Assembly (NCBI GenBank): GCA_951813565.1
Contig: OX638351.1
Span: forward strand, 4,672,001-4,736,000
Reading direction: 5' to 3'
Length of the DNA: 64,000 nucleotides
Source: an uncultured Poribacteria bacterium
Lineage (GTDB): Bacteria; Poribacteria; WGA-4E; WGA-3G
The notes under the pieces are model-generated. The model did no database searches and was not told the origin of the DNA. It saw only the letters and a list, made by a program, of their open reading frames with translations. Both the position numbers and the translations under genes were made by a program. Positions within the stretch are counted from its first letter, which is position 1; every line of letters begins with the position of its first letter. Positions 1 to 10,295 of the stretch are shown here, in pieces.

Positions 1-2192
1 AAACAAGCACAACTGTTAGTACAAAGGAAATAAGAGACAAATATGATGAAATTAAGACGATTGCTAAGAAACTTACTAATCAAAGTGTGCCAGAAGAATT
101 GGAGAAATTAGTTGAAAAGTCAACGGATTTTATTGCAGCGTTTCCAGAATACAAACGTATAGATGAGGTCTACTACCGTCTTGGCAACGCCTTAGTTCGG
201 TTGGGCCGTGTTGAAGAAGGTATTAAAGTTTCTGAAGAATTTATCAAGAAACATCCAGATGCGCGTTGGGTCGCACCGATTTTGTTAGAATTGGGTATGG
301 CTTACGACAAGCTCGGTAAACATTATAAAGCAGATGAAACGTATAAAAAGCTGGTAGACCACCCAAAGTATGGTGACCGATCGTATGCCCAACAGGCCAA
401 AAAGATCCTTGAACAAGATAAAGCCTCGCGAACGGGCGAATTACCCAAACCTCCTGGGGCAAGTTCTATACCTATAAGTGAATTGGTCGGTAAATCAGCA
501 CCGGATTTTCAGGTGAAAGATTTGAAAGGTGAAGAACTCTCGTTGAAAAAATACCGAGGACAAGTTGTACTTGTTGACTTCTGGGCAACATGGTGCGGGC
601 CGTGTCTTGTAGAGTTACCTAACGTTAAGAGAACTTATGAAAAATACAAGGATCAGAATTTTCAGATTATCGGTATTAGTTTAGATAGGTCAAAACAACC
701 ACTTGAGACGTTTATTGAAAGAGAAGGGCTTGCCTGGGACCACTATTGGGATCAAAGCCAAAAGATAACGACTCAATATGGGGTGCGAGGAATTCCATCA
801 ACCTTTTTGCTTGACGGTGCGGGCGTTATTCGTAAGACAAATCTCCGTGGGCATTCGCTTGAGGCTGCTGTTGGTGAATTGGTGAAAGAAAATCTCGCTA
901 AACCTGCTGATACTTCCACGAAAACACCCGCATCCAAGTCAATTCCCGCAACAGAGATCCTTAAAAGGGATATAACTTCCCGACAAGTAGAACCGATTGA
1001 GTCAATCAGATCAGGAATAAATGAGTGGGTTGGCAAACCCGCTCCAGATTTTGAGGTGATGGATTTGCAGGGTGAAGCACTCTCGTTGGAGAAATACCGT
1101 GGGCAGGTTGTGCTTCTTGACTTCTGGGCAACATGGTGTGGTCCCTGTCTCGCCGAGATGCCTAAAGTTAAGAAGACTTATGACAAGTACAAAGATCAAA
1201 AGTTTCAGATTATTGGGATTAGCTCGGACAGATCAAAGCCACCACTTGAAGCTTATGTTGAGAAAGAGGGACTCGATTGGATTCACATTTGGGATGAAAA
1301 TCGTAAATTGAGAAATCTATACGGGATAATAGGAATCCCGACAGCCTTTTTGATTGACGGTGAAGGTGTTATCCGAAAAGCGAGTCTCGGTGGTTTTGAT
1401 GTTGAAACTGCTGTTGCTGAATTGGTTAAGGAAAATCTTGCGAAACCTGCTAATCCAGCTCAACCTGAAAAAACACCCTCCGATTTTCCTACAGATAACC
1501 AAACGGTAGATCCTAAAGCGAAAGCAATTATTGCTGCTGCTGTTGCTGCCCACGGTGGGCTTGAGAAACTGCAAGCCGTGAAAAACATTGTGATTGAATC
1601 CGATAGTTTTGAACACTTTCCAGATGATTCCGTGCAGGATGAGGGACGGAGTAAATCCTACTTTTATACTAACAAACTCCGTAGCGATTGGCACATGGAC
1701 GACAGCGTAGATAGTATAATCTACGATGGAAACACTTTGTATCAGTTGGAAAATGGAGAGAACAAACCTATTCCACCAGAGGCGGCTAAGTCTTTTATTG
1801 ACTTCCTCAAAGATAGCCTTTTCCGAGAACCGATCTGGCTTCTGATAAACCTCTCACAAAACGAGATTCCCGTTCAATATATGGGAACGGCGAAGGTGAA
1901 AGATGTTCCTACATCTGTTCTTCTTGTTACGCAGCCTTCTGGGAGTGATCTCAAAATTTTCATTAGTGATGAAACACACTATGTGGTGCAGTTCAATTAT
2001 AGTCTTGAGATAGGAGGAGTAACAAAAAACATGGAGACGGTATTTGAAAATTATCGTGATGTAGACGGCATTAAAATCGCGTATCATCGCACCACAAAAA
2101 ACGGAGAATATCGACAAATTGCTATCACCGACATTAAGTTAAATGCTGAAATTGACGAAGCGCTGTTCAGTCCTAAAGAATCGAATGAATAG
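1..2192 (+). CDS. TPR + two TlpA/thioredoxin-like domains + C-terminal lipoprotein-sorting-like domain (5' end outside window)
   Basis: Frame is open from nt 3. N-terminal TPR-like helices, two DFWATWCGPC redoxin domains. Confidence 0.85.
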   Translation, partial: TSTTVSTKEIRDKYDEIKTIAKKLTNQSVPEELEKLVEKSTDFIAAFPEYKRIDEVYYRLGNALVRLGRVEEGIKVSEEFIKKHPDARWVAPILLELGMAYDKLGKHYKADETYKKLVDHPKYGDRSYAQQAKKILEQDKASRTGELPKPPGASSIPISELVGKSAPDFQVKDLKGEELSLKKYRGQVVLVDFWATWCGPCLVELPNVKRTYEKYKDQNFQIIGISLDRSKQPLETFIEREGLAWDHYWDQSQKITTQYGVRGIPSTFLLDGAGVIRKTNLRGHSLEAAVGELVKENLAKPADTSTKTPASKSIPATEILKRDITSRQVEPIESIRSGINEWVGKPAPDFEVMDLQGEALSLEKYRGQVVLLDFWATWCGPCLAEMPKVKKTYDKYKDQKFQIIGISSDRSKPPLEAYVEKEGLDWIHIWDENRKLRNLYGIIGIPTAFLIDGEGVIRKASLGGFDVETAVAELVKENLAKPANPAQPEKTPSDFPTDNQTVDPKAKAIIAAAVAAHGGLEKLQAVKNIVIESDSFEHFPDDSVQDEGRSKSYFYTNKLRSDWHMDDSVDSIIYDGNTLYQLENGENKPIPPEAAKSFIDFLKDSLFREPIWLLINLSQNEIPVQYMGTAKVKDVPTSVLLVTQPSGSDLKIFISDETHYVVQFNYSLEIGGVTKNMETVFENYRDVDGIKIAYHRTTKNGEYRQIAITDIKLNAEIDEALFSPKESNE

Positions 2193-2276
2193 CCTCCAAT
2201 TTTTGTAATCCCGATTTTCTTAAAGCGGGATCAGAAATCAGCAGGCGAAAACGACATCTGACCAGCAGAGGAAAAT

Positions 2277-2753
2277 ATGGTTCGCATCAGTTTAATTGCA
2301 ACGCTAATTATCTGTGTGAGTATTTCCATTAGCATCCCTACAGCATACGGGCAAGACGCAGATTTTATGGGTGGTGGCGCGACGATCCGAGGTGAAGTTA
2401 TTGAAGCAACTCCTGAACAAAAGCCAATTGCGGGTGTCACTGTAACAATTGTTAACAGCTTCACAGGTGAGACATATACTGTAACAACGGGTAAGGGTGG
2501 TGCTTACGAAAAGACGGGACTGCCTGCCGGCCGTTATACAATTGCTGTTCATAAGGAGGGTTATGGGGATCGAGTTGGCAAATCGAAGGTCGTTGGAGCA
2601 GGGGGCGAAATCTTTGACCGAATCAAGATGAGAAAAAAAGATAATATTATCACTTTTTTTCAGAAACACTTTTTCACTTGGCAATCCTTGATTATCTTTG
2701 CCATTATTTTTTTTGTTGTTTTAATCCTAAGTTCCCTTCGATCGCGCGGTTGA
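2277..2753 (+). CDS. Carboxypeptidase-regulatory-like (beta-sandwich) domain protein with signal peptide and C-terminal TM helix
   Basis: IRGEV..PIAGVTVTI..GLPAGRYTIAVHKEGY pattern; hydrophobic termini; GAGG RBS. Confidence 0.7.
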   Translation: MVRISLIATLIICVSISISIPTAYGQDADFMGGGATIRGEVIEATPEQKPIAGVTVTIVNSFTGETYTVTTGKGGAYEKTGLPAGRYTIAVHKEGYGDRVGKSKVVGAGGEIFDRIKMRKKDNIITFFQKHFFTWQSLIIFAIIFFVVLILSSLRSRG

Positions 2754-2762
2754 GGAGATCCA

Positions 2763-3854
2763 ATGGCGCATGTCACTTTGAAAGATGTTACCAAAATTTA
2801 TGACGGTGATGTCCTTGCAGTTGAAAAGGCAGATTTCCAAATCCCTAATGAGTCGTTTACTGTGCTTGTTGGACCTTCAGGATGCGGTAAATCAACAATC
2901 TTACGGATGATTGCCGGACTGGAGGAGGTTACTGAAGGTGACATCTATATTGACGACGAGCGCGTTAACGACACTCCGCCAAAGGATAGAGATATTGCGA
3001 TGGTGTTCCAAAACTATGCACTATACCCACACATGACGGTGTATAAGAACATGGCGTTCGGATTGAAACTTCGCAAGTATCCGAAAAGCGAGATTGACCA
3101 ACGCGTCAACAAAGCTGCAGATATCCTCAGTATTTCCCATCTGTTGAACCGCAAGCCGAAACATCTTTCCGGTGGCGAACGTCAACGCGTTGCAGTCGGC
3201 AGGGCGATCGTCCGACAACCGAAGGTATTCCTATTTGATGAGCCGCTAAGCAACCTTGATGCGAAGCTGCGCGTGCAAATGCGGATGGAAATCAGTCGCC
3301 TACACGACCGACTCAACGCGACTATTGTTTATGTCACGCACGATCAGGTTGAAGCGATGACGATGGGGGATCAAATAGTTGTTCTCAATCAGGGTAAAAT
3401 CCAGCAGATTGCTGATCCGGGGACACTCTATCATAAGCCTGCAAATCAATTTGTCGGGGGTTTCATCGGCACGCCACCGATGAACTTTATTGAGACACAC
3501 ATTGTGAACAACGGCGATTCACCAAAACTAAGGTTTGAAGGCTTTGAAGTGGAACTAAATTCTCATCTGCAGTCAACTCTCAGCAAACTTTCGGGGAACT
3601 CGGTTACGCTCGGCATCCGACCAGAGAATATTCATATCGGTGAAAATGAGAAAAATCAGGTTTTGACGCAGGTGGAACTGGTTGAACCGCTCGGAAACCA
3701 TGCGCTCCTCTATCTGCGGACAGAAAAGAGCAGTTTTGTTGCGCAATCTAATCTTGTCGATTTACCACAACATAACACACCTTTGAAGGTCAGTTTTGAT
3801 ATTGACAAAGCGCATCTGTTCCATCCAGAGACAGGAGAATTGTTGACAACATAA
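2763..3854 (+). CDS. Sugar ABC transporter ATP-binding protein (MalK/UgpC/MsmX family)
   Basis: GPSGCGKST, LSGGERQRVA, FLFDEPLSNLD, C-terminal TOBE-like region. Confidence 0.95.
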   Translation: MAHVTLKDVTKIYDGDVLAVEKADFQIPNESFTVLVGPSGCGKSTILRMIAGLEEVTEGDIYIDDERVNDTPPKDRDIAMVFQNYALYPHMTVYKNMAFGLKLRKYPKSEIDQRVNKAADILSISHLLNRKPKHLSGGERQRVAVGRAIVRQPKVFLFDEPLSNLDAKLRVQMRMEISRLHDRLNATIVYVTHDQVEAMTMGDQIVVLNQGKIQQIADPGTLYHKPANQFVGGFIGTPPMNFIETHIVNNGDSPKLRFEGFEVELNSHLQSTLSKLSGNSVTLGIRPENIHIGENEKNQVLTQVELVEPLGNHALLYLRTEKSSFVAQSNLVDLPQHNTPLKVSFDIDKAHLFHPETGELLTT

Positions 3855-3924
3855 TTTCAGTATTGTCCTCTTCAAAATCGGCCTTACAAGGTTTCCCTCC
3901 TACAAGACTTTTTCGCAACAAAAC

Positions 3925-4950
3925 TTATAAAAGTGCTTGAATCTGCTGCCATGTCTTCACGTCTATCGGAATACCCTCTCGTTCTCGTTTGCGTTGTTCC
4001 TCCCAACCACGTTCCCCTGGCATCCAAATTGTATCAACCCCAGCAGCGCGTTTCGCAGACTTAAGATAACCGATAAACCGTTCTATTTCAGCACTGAATC
4101 CGGGAAATTCTCTAAAACTTGCAACATTAATCACAAACACAAACAATCCGTTACCCACGCGAGCATCTTCACTATGACTGCAACCCGCACTTGTCAGCGC
4201 GCCTGAAAGAATATCTACAATCACGCTAAGTCCAAAACCTTTGTGTGCGGATACCATCCCACCAAAAGGCAGTAAGGCAGCAGGCGGATCCCCATAGAAA
4301 TCATCGGCATCAGTAGTTGGATCCCCTTCCGCGTTGATGACCCAACCTTCAGGAAGTGCATCATTGCGATGCTGTTTAACGCGAATCTTTCCCGATGCGA
4401 CAACACTGGTAGACATATCCAATACAATCGGGTTTTGTCCTTCAATTGGCACTGCACATGCAATCGGATTGGTAGAGAGTCGTCCTTCAATACCGCCGTG
4501 CGGTGCAACACAAGTGCCACCCCCGTGGTCGTTTGCCATGAGCAATCCAATCATCTCAGCATCTGCAGCGAGGCACGCATATCCACCTAACCTACCCACC
4601 TCATTGCACCTTGATACAGCAACAGAACTAATATCTGTCTGTTTCGCCTTCTGAATTGCCAACGCAACTGCACGCGTGGCAATAACGGGACCGAAGCCCC
4701 AATTGCCGTCTAACACAGCGATAGATGCTGATTCGTGCAGTGTTTCTATTGACGCACCGGGCTGGATTAGTCCTGCTTCCAATTCTTGCACATATTTTGG
4801 GAGGTGTATCACACCGTGTGAATCGTGTCCAACACGATTGGCACCTACCATAGAACGGGTTACGATCTCTGCTTCATCTGCTGAGATATTCAATTTTTGA
4901 AAGACATTTAGGCAGATATCGGTGAGTTTTTCTGCGGTGAGATTCGGCAT
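3925..4950 (-). CDS. Ldh_2 family (malate/L-lactate/L-sulfolactate-type) oxidoreductase
   Basis: GHDSHGV, LDGNWGFG, STNPIA, LDMSTS, HKGFGL motifs. Confidence 0.9.
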   Translation of the reverse strand: MPNLTAEKLTDICLNVFQKLNISADEAEIVTRSMVGANRVGHDSHGVIHLPKYVQELEAGLIQPGASIETLHESASIAVLDGNWGFGPVIATRAVALAIQKAKQTDISSVAVSRCNEVGRLGGYACLAADAEMIGLLMANDHGGGTCVAPHGGIEGRLSTNPIACAVPIEGQNPIVLDMSTSVVASGKIRVKQHRNDALPEGWVINAEGDPTTDADDFYGDPPAALLPFGGMVSAHKGFGLSVIVDILSGALTSAGCSHSEDARVGNGLFVFVINVASFREFPGFSAEIERFIGYLKSAKRAAGVDTIWMPGERGWEEQRKREREGIPIDVKTWQQIQALL

Positions 4951-4990
4951 TATGGGAGTCCTGTGTGTCTTGTCAAAAGAATTTCATTAT

Positions 4991-6847
4991 TTAATCAAAA
5001 TTTTGTGCGACAATGGTGAGGTCTAATATGTTGACAACGCCATCTTTATTGACATCTACCTTCGGGTTATTGGGTTTCTCTACTCCAAAATTTTGCGCGA
5101 CGAGTGTAAGATCAAGGATGTTGACGACACCATCACTGTTAACGTCTCCAAACCGCCAGTTTTGTCGTTCCCGTGCGAGTTCAAATAACTTAAAAGTTTC
5201 AGGTCGGTATTGTTCTTGCAAATCCTTTGCGGTAATAATCCGAATGGTGAGCAAAATATCCCACACATCGTATTCAGGGAAATATTTTTGATATTCCTCA
5301 GCGCGAAGATCCGGATTGGGTATAGCACGTCCGCAGAGTTTTGTATAGGGCGAAAACAGAAAAGAGCTAATCGGATGCGATTGCTCCGTTGGTGGAATGC
5401 GCGAGATATACGCATAACTTTCGTGTAGAAAGGTGATATCATTAATTTCTTCTCCACCCAGAGCGATGCCCGGTATTGCCTCTCTGAGCTCTTGATGTAG
5501 CAAGATATTACCTTCTGCCATCGTCAAGCCGTCAATAAGTCCATTGTTATCGTTTTCAATTTTATAACTAATATCAAGATCAAAGCCATCCACTTGGTAT
5601 CTATCCCATACGTTTCTTACTTTGTCAACGAACATCTGTCTATATGCACGTGAAGCGGGATTAATAAAAGCATGTCGGTATGGGTCTGTTGGGTCGTCCC
5701 ATGCCCATCCTCTTTTTTTACCTGTATTCGGATCACGTATTTGATATTTCTCAAACGCCGCATAAAGCGGATGATACTCTGAAACGCCGAGCATACTTAT
5801 ATGTGCCGTTACCTTGAATCCGTAGCGATGTGCCTCCTTGACGAAATCAGCGAACTCCGGTTTCACCGCATCGGGACCATGATTCGGCAAATCCCCGTCG
5901 TGTCCACCATGTCTCCATTGGTGTATATGTATCAACGTTTGCTCAGGATCCACGAGTCGACTGAGGGGTGCTAAAATGTCAACGTCTACATTCGAGTGAA
6001 TTATCATCAATTCAATATCGTTGACCCATGCGGGCATCTCGGTTCGATCAACAGGTTGGAGTGCCTCATGCATCCATTGTTGATACGCAAGTGCGGGCAC
6101 TTGCCAGTCGCCTTGATAGGCGTTCAATCGCCATGTGGCAGTTGTGATCTCTTTCGCCTGCTCAAAAGGTGCGAACGGCACTTCCCAAAAGTTAAGAAAA
6201 AAACTCTCGCCTTCGGGACGACATTCAAGCGATTTGAACCGATATTGTGTATCGTCGCTACGGATAAAACAACCACCGTGGTGTCCTTGAAGAATAACAA
6301 GGGGTGTTTGCCATTTTACCGGGTAGTGGTATCTATCAGATTGCGTAAGGATGAGACCACCTAAGACAGGCGCGATGACATCTACGGATGCCTCAGAGAG
6401 ATTCGAGAACCCCCACATAATTCGTTCAATACCACCCATGTTTGAGAACCCTGTTTGCCGAATGAGCAGATCCCCGGTTTCCGCATCTATCCCGATAAAC
6501 AGGTGAAGCATCACCTCATTATTACGTGGAGCACGCCAGTTGTCCTGATAGATGAGTTGGCATTCGAGCGGTGAGTGTCTTTTTATTTTCTCTGGTACAA
6601 GGTTTTCTGTTCTTAAGCCTCTACCCCACGCTTTCATCTCTGTGTTTCCCTGGAGATCGCCTTGCGTATAAGTCTCCTGTGTGAGTTTGTTATGGAAATG
6701 CGTCAGCACACCATTTTCAAAGCGTGCCAAATAACGATCTGTCTCCGCGAGGACATTGCCCACTTCATCAACCGTCAGTGTATTGGGGTAGACAGAGAGA
6801 AGTAAAACAAGTTGCAATATAACGATAGAAGCTATTAATTTTTTCAT
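4991..6847 (-). CDS. Secreted DUF6259-like (glycoside-hydrolase-like barrel) protein with C-terminal dockerin repeats
   Basis: Signal peptide; WRLNAYQGDWQVPA motif; two DVNxDGVVNILDL dockerin repeats. Confidence 0.7.
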   Translation of the reverse strand: MKKLIASIVILQLVLLLSVYPNTLTVDEVGNVLAETDRYLARFENGVLTHFHNKLTQETYTQGDLQGNTEMKAWGRGLRTENLVPEKIKRHSPLECQLIYQDNWRAPRNNEVMLHLFIGIDAETGDLLIRQTGFSNMGGIERIMWGFSNLSEASVDVIAPVLGGLILTQSDRYHYPVKWQTPLVILQGHHGGCFIRSDDTQYRFKSLECRPEGESFFLNFWEVPFAPFEQAKEITTATWRLNAYQGDWQVPALAYQQWMHEALQPVDRTEMPAWVNDIELMIIHSNVDVDILAPLSRLVDPEQTLIHIHQWRHGGHDGDLPNHGPDAVKPEFADFVKEAHRYGFKVTAHISMLGVSEYHPLYAAFEKYQIRDPNTGKKRGWAWDDPTDPYRHAFINPASRAYRQMFVDKVRNVWDRYQVDGFDLDISYKIENDNNGLIDGLTMAEGNILLHQELREAIPGIALGGEEINDITFLHESYAYISRIPPTEQSHPISSFLFSPYTKLCGRAIPNPDLRAEEYQKYFPEYDVWDILLTIRIITAKDLQEQYRPETFKLFELARERQNWRFGDVNSDGVVNILDLTLVAQNFGVEKPNNPKVDVNKDGVVNILDLTIVAQNFD

Positions 6848-6858
6848 TACAATCTCCT

Positions 6859-7008
6859 TTAAATTAACCTGTTTAAAGTAGTCGGCATAATAGTGAGCGA
6901 AAATAAAGTGACCGTGTGTCCATAGCCTGCCTGCGCGAGTGAATCGGCGAGCATTGATTTGCCAGCAGCTTTAGACCCGTTGAGCAAAATAAAATTATGG
7001 GTTCGCAT
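6859..7008 (-). pseudogene. Truncated P-loop kinase fragment (49 aa)
   Basis: My translation MRTHNFILLNGSKAAGKSMLADSLAQAG has a beta-strand plus Walker A; overlaps the end of the upstream gene; not in the ORF track. Confidence 0.5.
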
Positions 7009-7690
7009 ACTGTTCTCTGAGTTTTTTGAAACCGGGCATCATGCTATAATCAGCAGATTGCCAGACAGGATAATTGCCAGTCCCGACATCAAACCCCGCA
7101 AATTCGGAGATACCAACAACAACATTCTCAATGTTATCAAAATCCTCGTAGAAGATGAAATGACATTTGTGTTCATATCCACTATAGAGCGAGGGAAAGA
7201 ACCTATAAAACACGTTCGCTCGAAGGAAGTAATACGCAAACTTATCGTCATCTATTTGATAATCTTTGAGGATGTTCTCCCTGTATTTTGTCCAAACTTT
7301 ATGAGGGTTTTTCTGTTTGACTCCTCGGTCAAAGACTTGAGAACCGAACCAGTCCGTCAGGGCATGCATGAACCGGTCTTTACGACCTAACACCACGATT
7401 TTAGGGGACTGATGGATGAGGTAGTCAGAAAATGCTAACCACTGAACGAGATTTGGATCCTCAGTACTAAAGTTGTGATACCGTAAAAACTGAATTGATA
7501 AGTCTCCTATACCGTTATTTTTCCTATAAAGATTCGGATCAACAGGGTTGGTAGAACCTCCATCTTTGAGATAGTTGAGAAAAGTCACCCCTGTCAATGA
7601 AGCACACTTAATACTGTCTTGTAGGAAGTGCGACCCTGACCTTTTTTGTGCGATAATAAGTAGTTTGGGTATCTCGATTTGATAGTCCAT
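6995..7690 (-). CDS. Sulfotransferase-like protein
   Basis: N-terminal LLIIAQKRSGSHFL resembles the PAPS-binding loop; IFYEDF motif near C-terminus. Confidence 0.55.
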   Translation of the reverse strand: MDYQIEIPKLLIIAQKRSGSHFLQDSIKCASLTGVTFLNYLKDGGSTNPVDPNLYRKNNGIGDLSIQFLRYHNFSTEDPNLVQWLAFSDYLIHQSPKIVVLGRKDRFMHALTDWFGSQVFDRGVKQKNPHKVWTKYRENILKDYQIDDDKFAYYFLRANVFYRFFPSLYSGYEHKCHFIFYEDFDNIENVVVGISEFAGFDVGTGNYPVWQSADYSMMPGFKKLREQYANP

Positions 7691-7711
7691 TTTATTCCTT
7701 TTTTATGATCA

Positions 7712-8374
7712 TTAGAAAAACTCAGTTTTCAAGAATCTCATCTCTTGTATGCCTATTGTTTTTTTCGTTTCATCTTTCATAATAGGATCAAGATAGCTAT
7801 ATCCGTTCTCAACGATTGTTGCAATCAGAATGTCAGATGCTTCCCCTTTGCTTACATATTTTCTCTTTTCTTCCTGAATCATAGCAGGAGAGTGTAATTC
7901 AATAGTTATGAAAGTGGGTAAGAGAGGCCACTCCGCCATGTCATTGAAGATATAATGTTCATATCCGTCAATATCAAGCGCGAAGATATCAAAGGTTGGC
8001 GGTGAAATTTGATTAATTAGATGCTTCATGGTTATGTAAACGTGCATCTTATTGTGGATTGGAAAATTATACCATTCACTTCCATGATATCTTGATGTTG
8101 GTTCTATCAAATAGTGGGTATCACTAATTCCGGCGCATATCCACGTGACGTTGGTGAAATCTTTATATCGATCACTATTCGCCACATGCGCTATAGATTC
8201 AGGTTCAATATCAATACCATAATACTTAAACGGTGTTGAATCTTCTGTAAACAATTCAGGAAGGATGTGCTGAGGTCGATCAAGTACCGTTCTCATGTAA
8301 TCAACCCAATCATATTGAGTAAGGTATGCCCAATCTGCGCTTGTATTCAGGCCAAGTTGTATGCATGTTCTCAT
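7712..8374 (-). CDS. FkbM-like SAM-dependent methyltransferase
   Basis: YYGIDIEP, FALDIDGYE and ITIELH resemble FkbM-family motifs. Confidence 0.55.
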   Translation of the reverse strand: MRTCIQLGLNTSADWAYLTQYDWVDYMRTVLDRPQHILPELFTEDSTPFKYYGIDIEPESIAHVANSDRYKDFTNVTWICAGISDTHYLIEPTSRYHGSEWYNFPIHNKMHVYITMKHLINQISPPTFDIFALDIDGYEHYIFNDMAEWPLLPTFITIELHSPAMIQEEKRKYVSKGEASDILIATIVENGYSYLDPIMKDETKKTIGIQEMRFLKTEFF

Positions 8375-8377
8375 ATA

Positions 8378-10261
8378 TTAACCTATTTGTTGTGCGACAA
8401 TGGTGAGGTCTAATATGTTGACAACGCCATCTTTATTGACATCTACCTTCGGGTTATTGGGTTTCTCTACTCCAAAATTTTGCGCGACGAGTGTGAGGTC
8501 GAGAATGTTGACGACACCATCGCTGTTTACGTCTCCGAATACCCAGTTTTGGCGTTTCCTTGCGAGTTCTAATATTTCATACGTTTCTGTTAATTCTGAA
8601 TCTAAATCTGATACCCCATCAAGTCTAAGGGTAGGGATTACCTCCCATATTCGATAGGCGTGGACATATTCCTGATACCTAACGGGATCTCTATCAGGAT
8701 TAGGAAAACCTAAGTGTCCATAGAATCTGGTATAAGGTGAAAACAGAAAGGAACTGATCGGATGAGGTTGCTCTGTTAAACCAATTAACAGTTGCTGTGC
8801 AAAACTTTCATGTAGAAAGGTAACATCATTGATGAGTTCGCCACCAAGAGCGATACCGGGCATTGCTTCTCTCAATTCTTGATGAAGCAAAATATTGCCC
8901 TCTGCCATTCTCATTCCTTTAATAGAGTAAACATTATCTACACTAAAGCTGAGATCTAGATGAAACGCATCAATATTATAAGTTTCCCATACATTTTTTA
9001 GCCGATTTATCAATAAATTTCTAAAATCCTCTGAAGCAGTATTGATAGAAACATAACCTCTTAATGGGTCTGGAGAATCCAAATGTGCACCTACTATTTC
9101 TCCTGTAATTGGGCTAGTAATTTGGTGTTTTTTTATTTTTTCATAGAATGGATTAGCAGGTGAAACAGCCAGCATATTTACATGCAGCATTACTTTAAAC
9201 CCATAACTATGCGCTTTCTGAAGAAATTCTCCAAAATTATCTGTTGGTGTATAATCAGGGTAATTCCAACGCCATCCTGCTTTTCGCCATCCTGTAACGT
9301 ATAATAGTGTTTTTTCAGGATCTACATATCGAGAAAGTATATCTATGACACTTGTACCTACACTTTCTAAAGGATCAGCATGAGTTATAACTAATTCAAT
9401 ATCATTTACCCATGCAGGCATTTCTTCACGATTGGCAGGCTTTAGTGAATTATGCATCCATTCTCTATAAATCGTAGCGGGGACTTGCCAATCACCTTCG
9501 TAAGCATTTATTCGCCATGTAGCTATTGCTATTTCTTTTACATCTTCAAATGGAACATGGGGGATTTCCCAAAAATTAATGGCAAAATCTTTACCTTGTG
9601 GAATATACTCAAGTAATTTGAATCTGTATTGGTCATCATCGCTACGAATAAATACTCCTCCATGCTGTCCTTGAAGTATCGCAAGTTGTGCTTCCCACTT
9701 CCCTGGATATTGGTATCTAACTCTCTCTGCTACAATAGAACTGGGAGTAAGGATTTGCCCTCCTTTTACAGGTACAATGGTATCTACAACTTCTTCAGAA
9801 AGATTAGAAAATCCCCACGCAATATTTCCTATTCCTCCCATTTTCAGTGTCCCTTTTTGTTTAATGAGAAGATCATTTGTTTCAGTATCTATACTAATGT
9901 ATAAATGTAAGGTTGCTTGATTGTCCTGTGGTTTACTTCGCCAATTATCTATATAGATGAGTTCACATTCAAGTGGAGAGGGTATTTTTATCTCTGATAA
10001 GTTACCTTTTGTTTCTAATTTTCGTCCACCAAATTGTCTAATTGATGTATATCCAGCCGCATTACCCCGCGTATAGTTTTCCTGCGTGAGTTTATTGTAA
10101 AAAGCTGTGATTACGCCATGTTCAAAGCGCACACGATAGTTATCCGTCTCCGCGAGGACATTGCCCGCTTCGTCAACCGTCAAAGTGTTAGCCGACCCAG
10201 CCGCAACTAAAACAAACTGCAATATCAGGATATACGCACATTTAGCCCAGAAACTTCTCAT
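8378..10261 (-). CDS. Secreted DUF6259-like protein with dockerin repeats (paralog, AT-rich core)
   Basis: Same motifs as 4991-6847; dockerin tail almost identical in protein. Confidence 0.7.
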   Translation of the reverse strand: MRSFWAKCAYILILQFVLVAAGSANTLTVDEAGNVLAETDNYRVRFEHGVITAFYNKLTQENYTRGNAAGYTSIRQFGGRKLETKGNLSEIKIPSPLECELIYIDNWRSKPQDNQATLHLYISIDTETNDLLIKQKGTLKMGGIGNIAWGFSNLSEEVVDTIVPVKGGQILTPSSIVAERVRYQYPGKWEAQLAILQGQHGGVFIRSDDDQYRFKLLEYIPQGKDFAINFWEIPHVPFEDVKEIAIATWRINAYEGDWQVPATIYREWMHNSLKPANREEMPAWVNDIELVITHADPLESVGTSVIDILSRYVDPEKTLLYVTGWRKAGWRWNYPDYTPTDNFGEFLQKAHSYGFKVMLHVNMLAVSPANPFYEKIKKHQITSPITGEIVGAHLDSPDPLRGYVSINTASEDFRNLLINRLKNVWETYNIDAFHLDLSFSVDNVYSIKGMRMAEGNILLHQELREAMPGIALGGELINDVTFLHESFAQQLLIGLTEQPHPISSFLFSPYTRFYGHLGFPNPDRDPVRYQEYVHAYRIWEVIPTLRLDGVSDLDSELTETYEILELARKRQNWVFGDVNSDGVVNILDLTLVAQNFGVEKPNNPKVDVNKDGVVNILDLTIVAQQIG

Positions 10262-10295
10262 AACTTCATCTCCTTCTTGTGTTATTTCGTGTTTT

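Noticed and set aside
5003..8537. Diversity-generating retroelement TR/VR pair in the dockerin repeats
   Set aside because: Both copies are coding, the differences are mostly synonymous rather than adenine-specific, and no reverse transcriptase is in the window.
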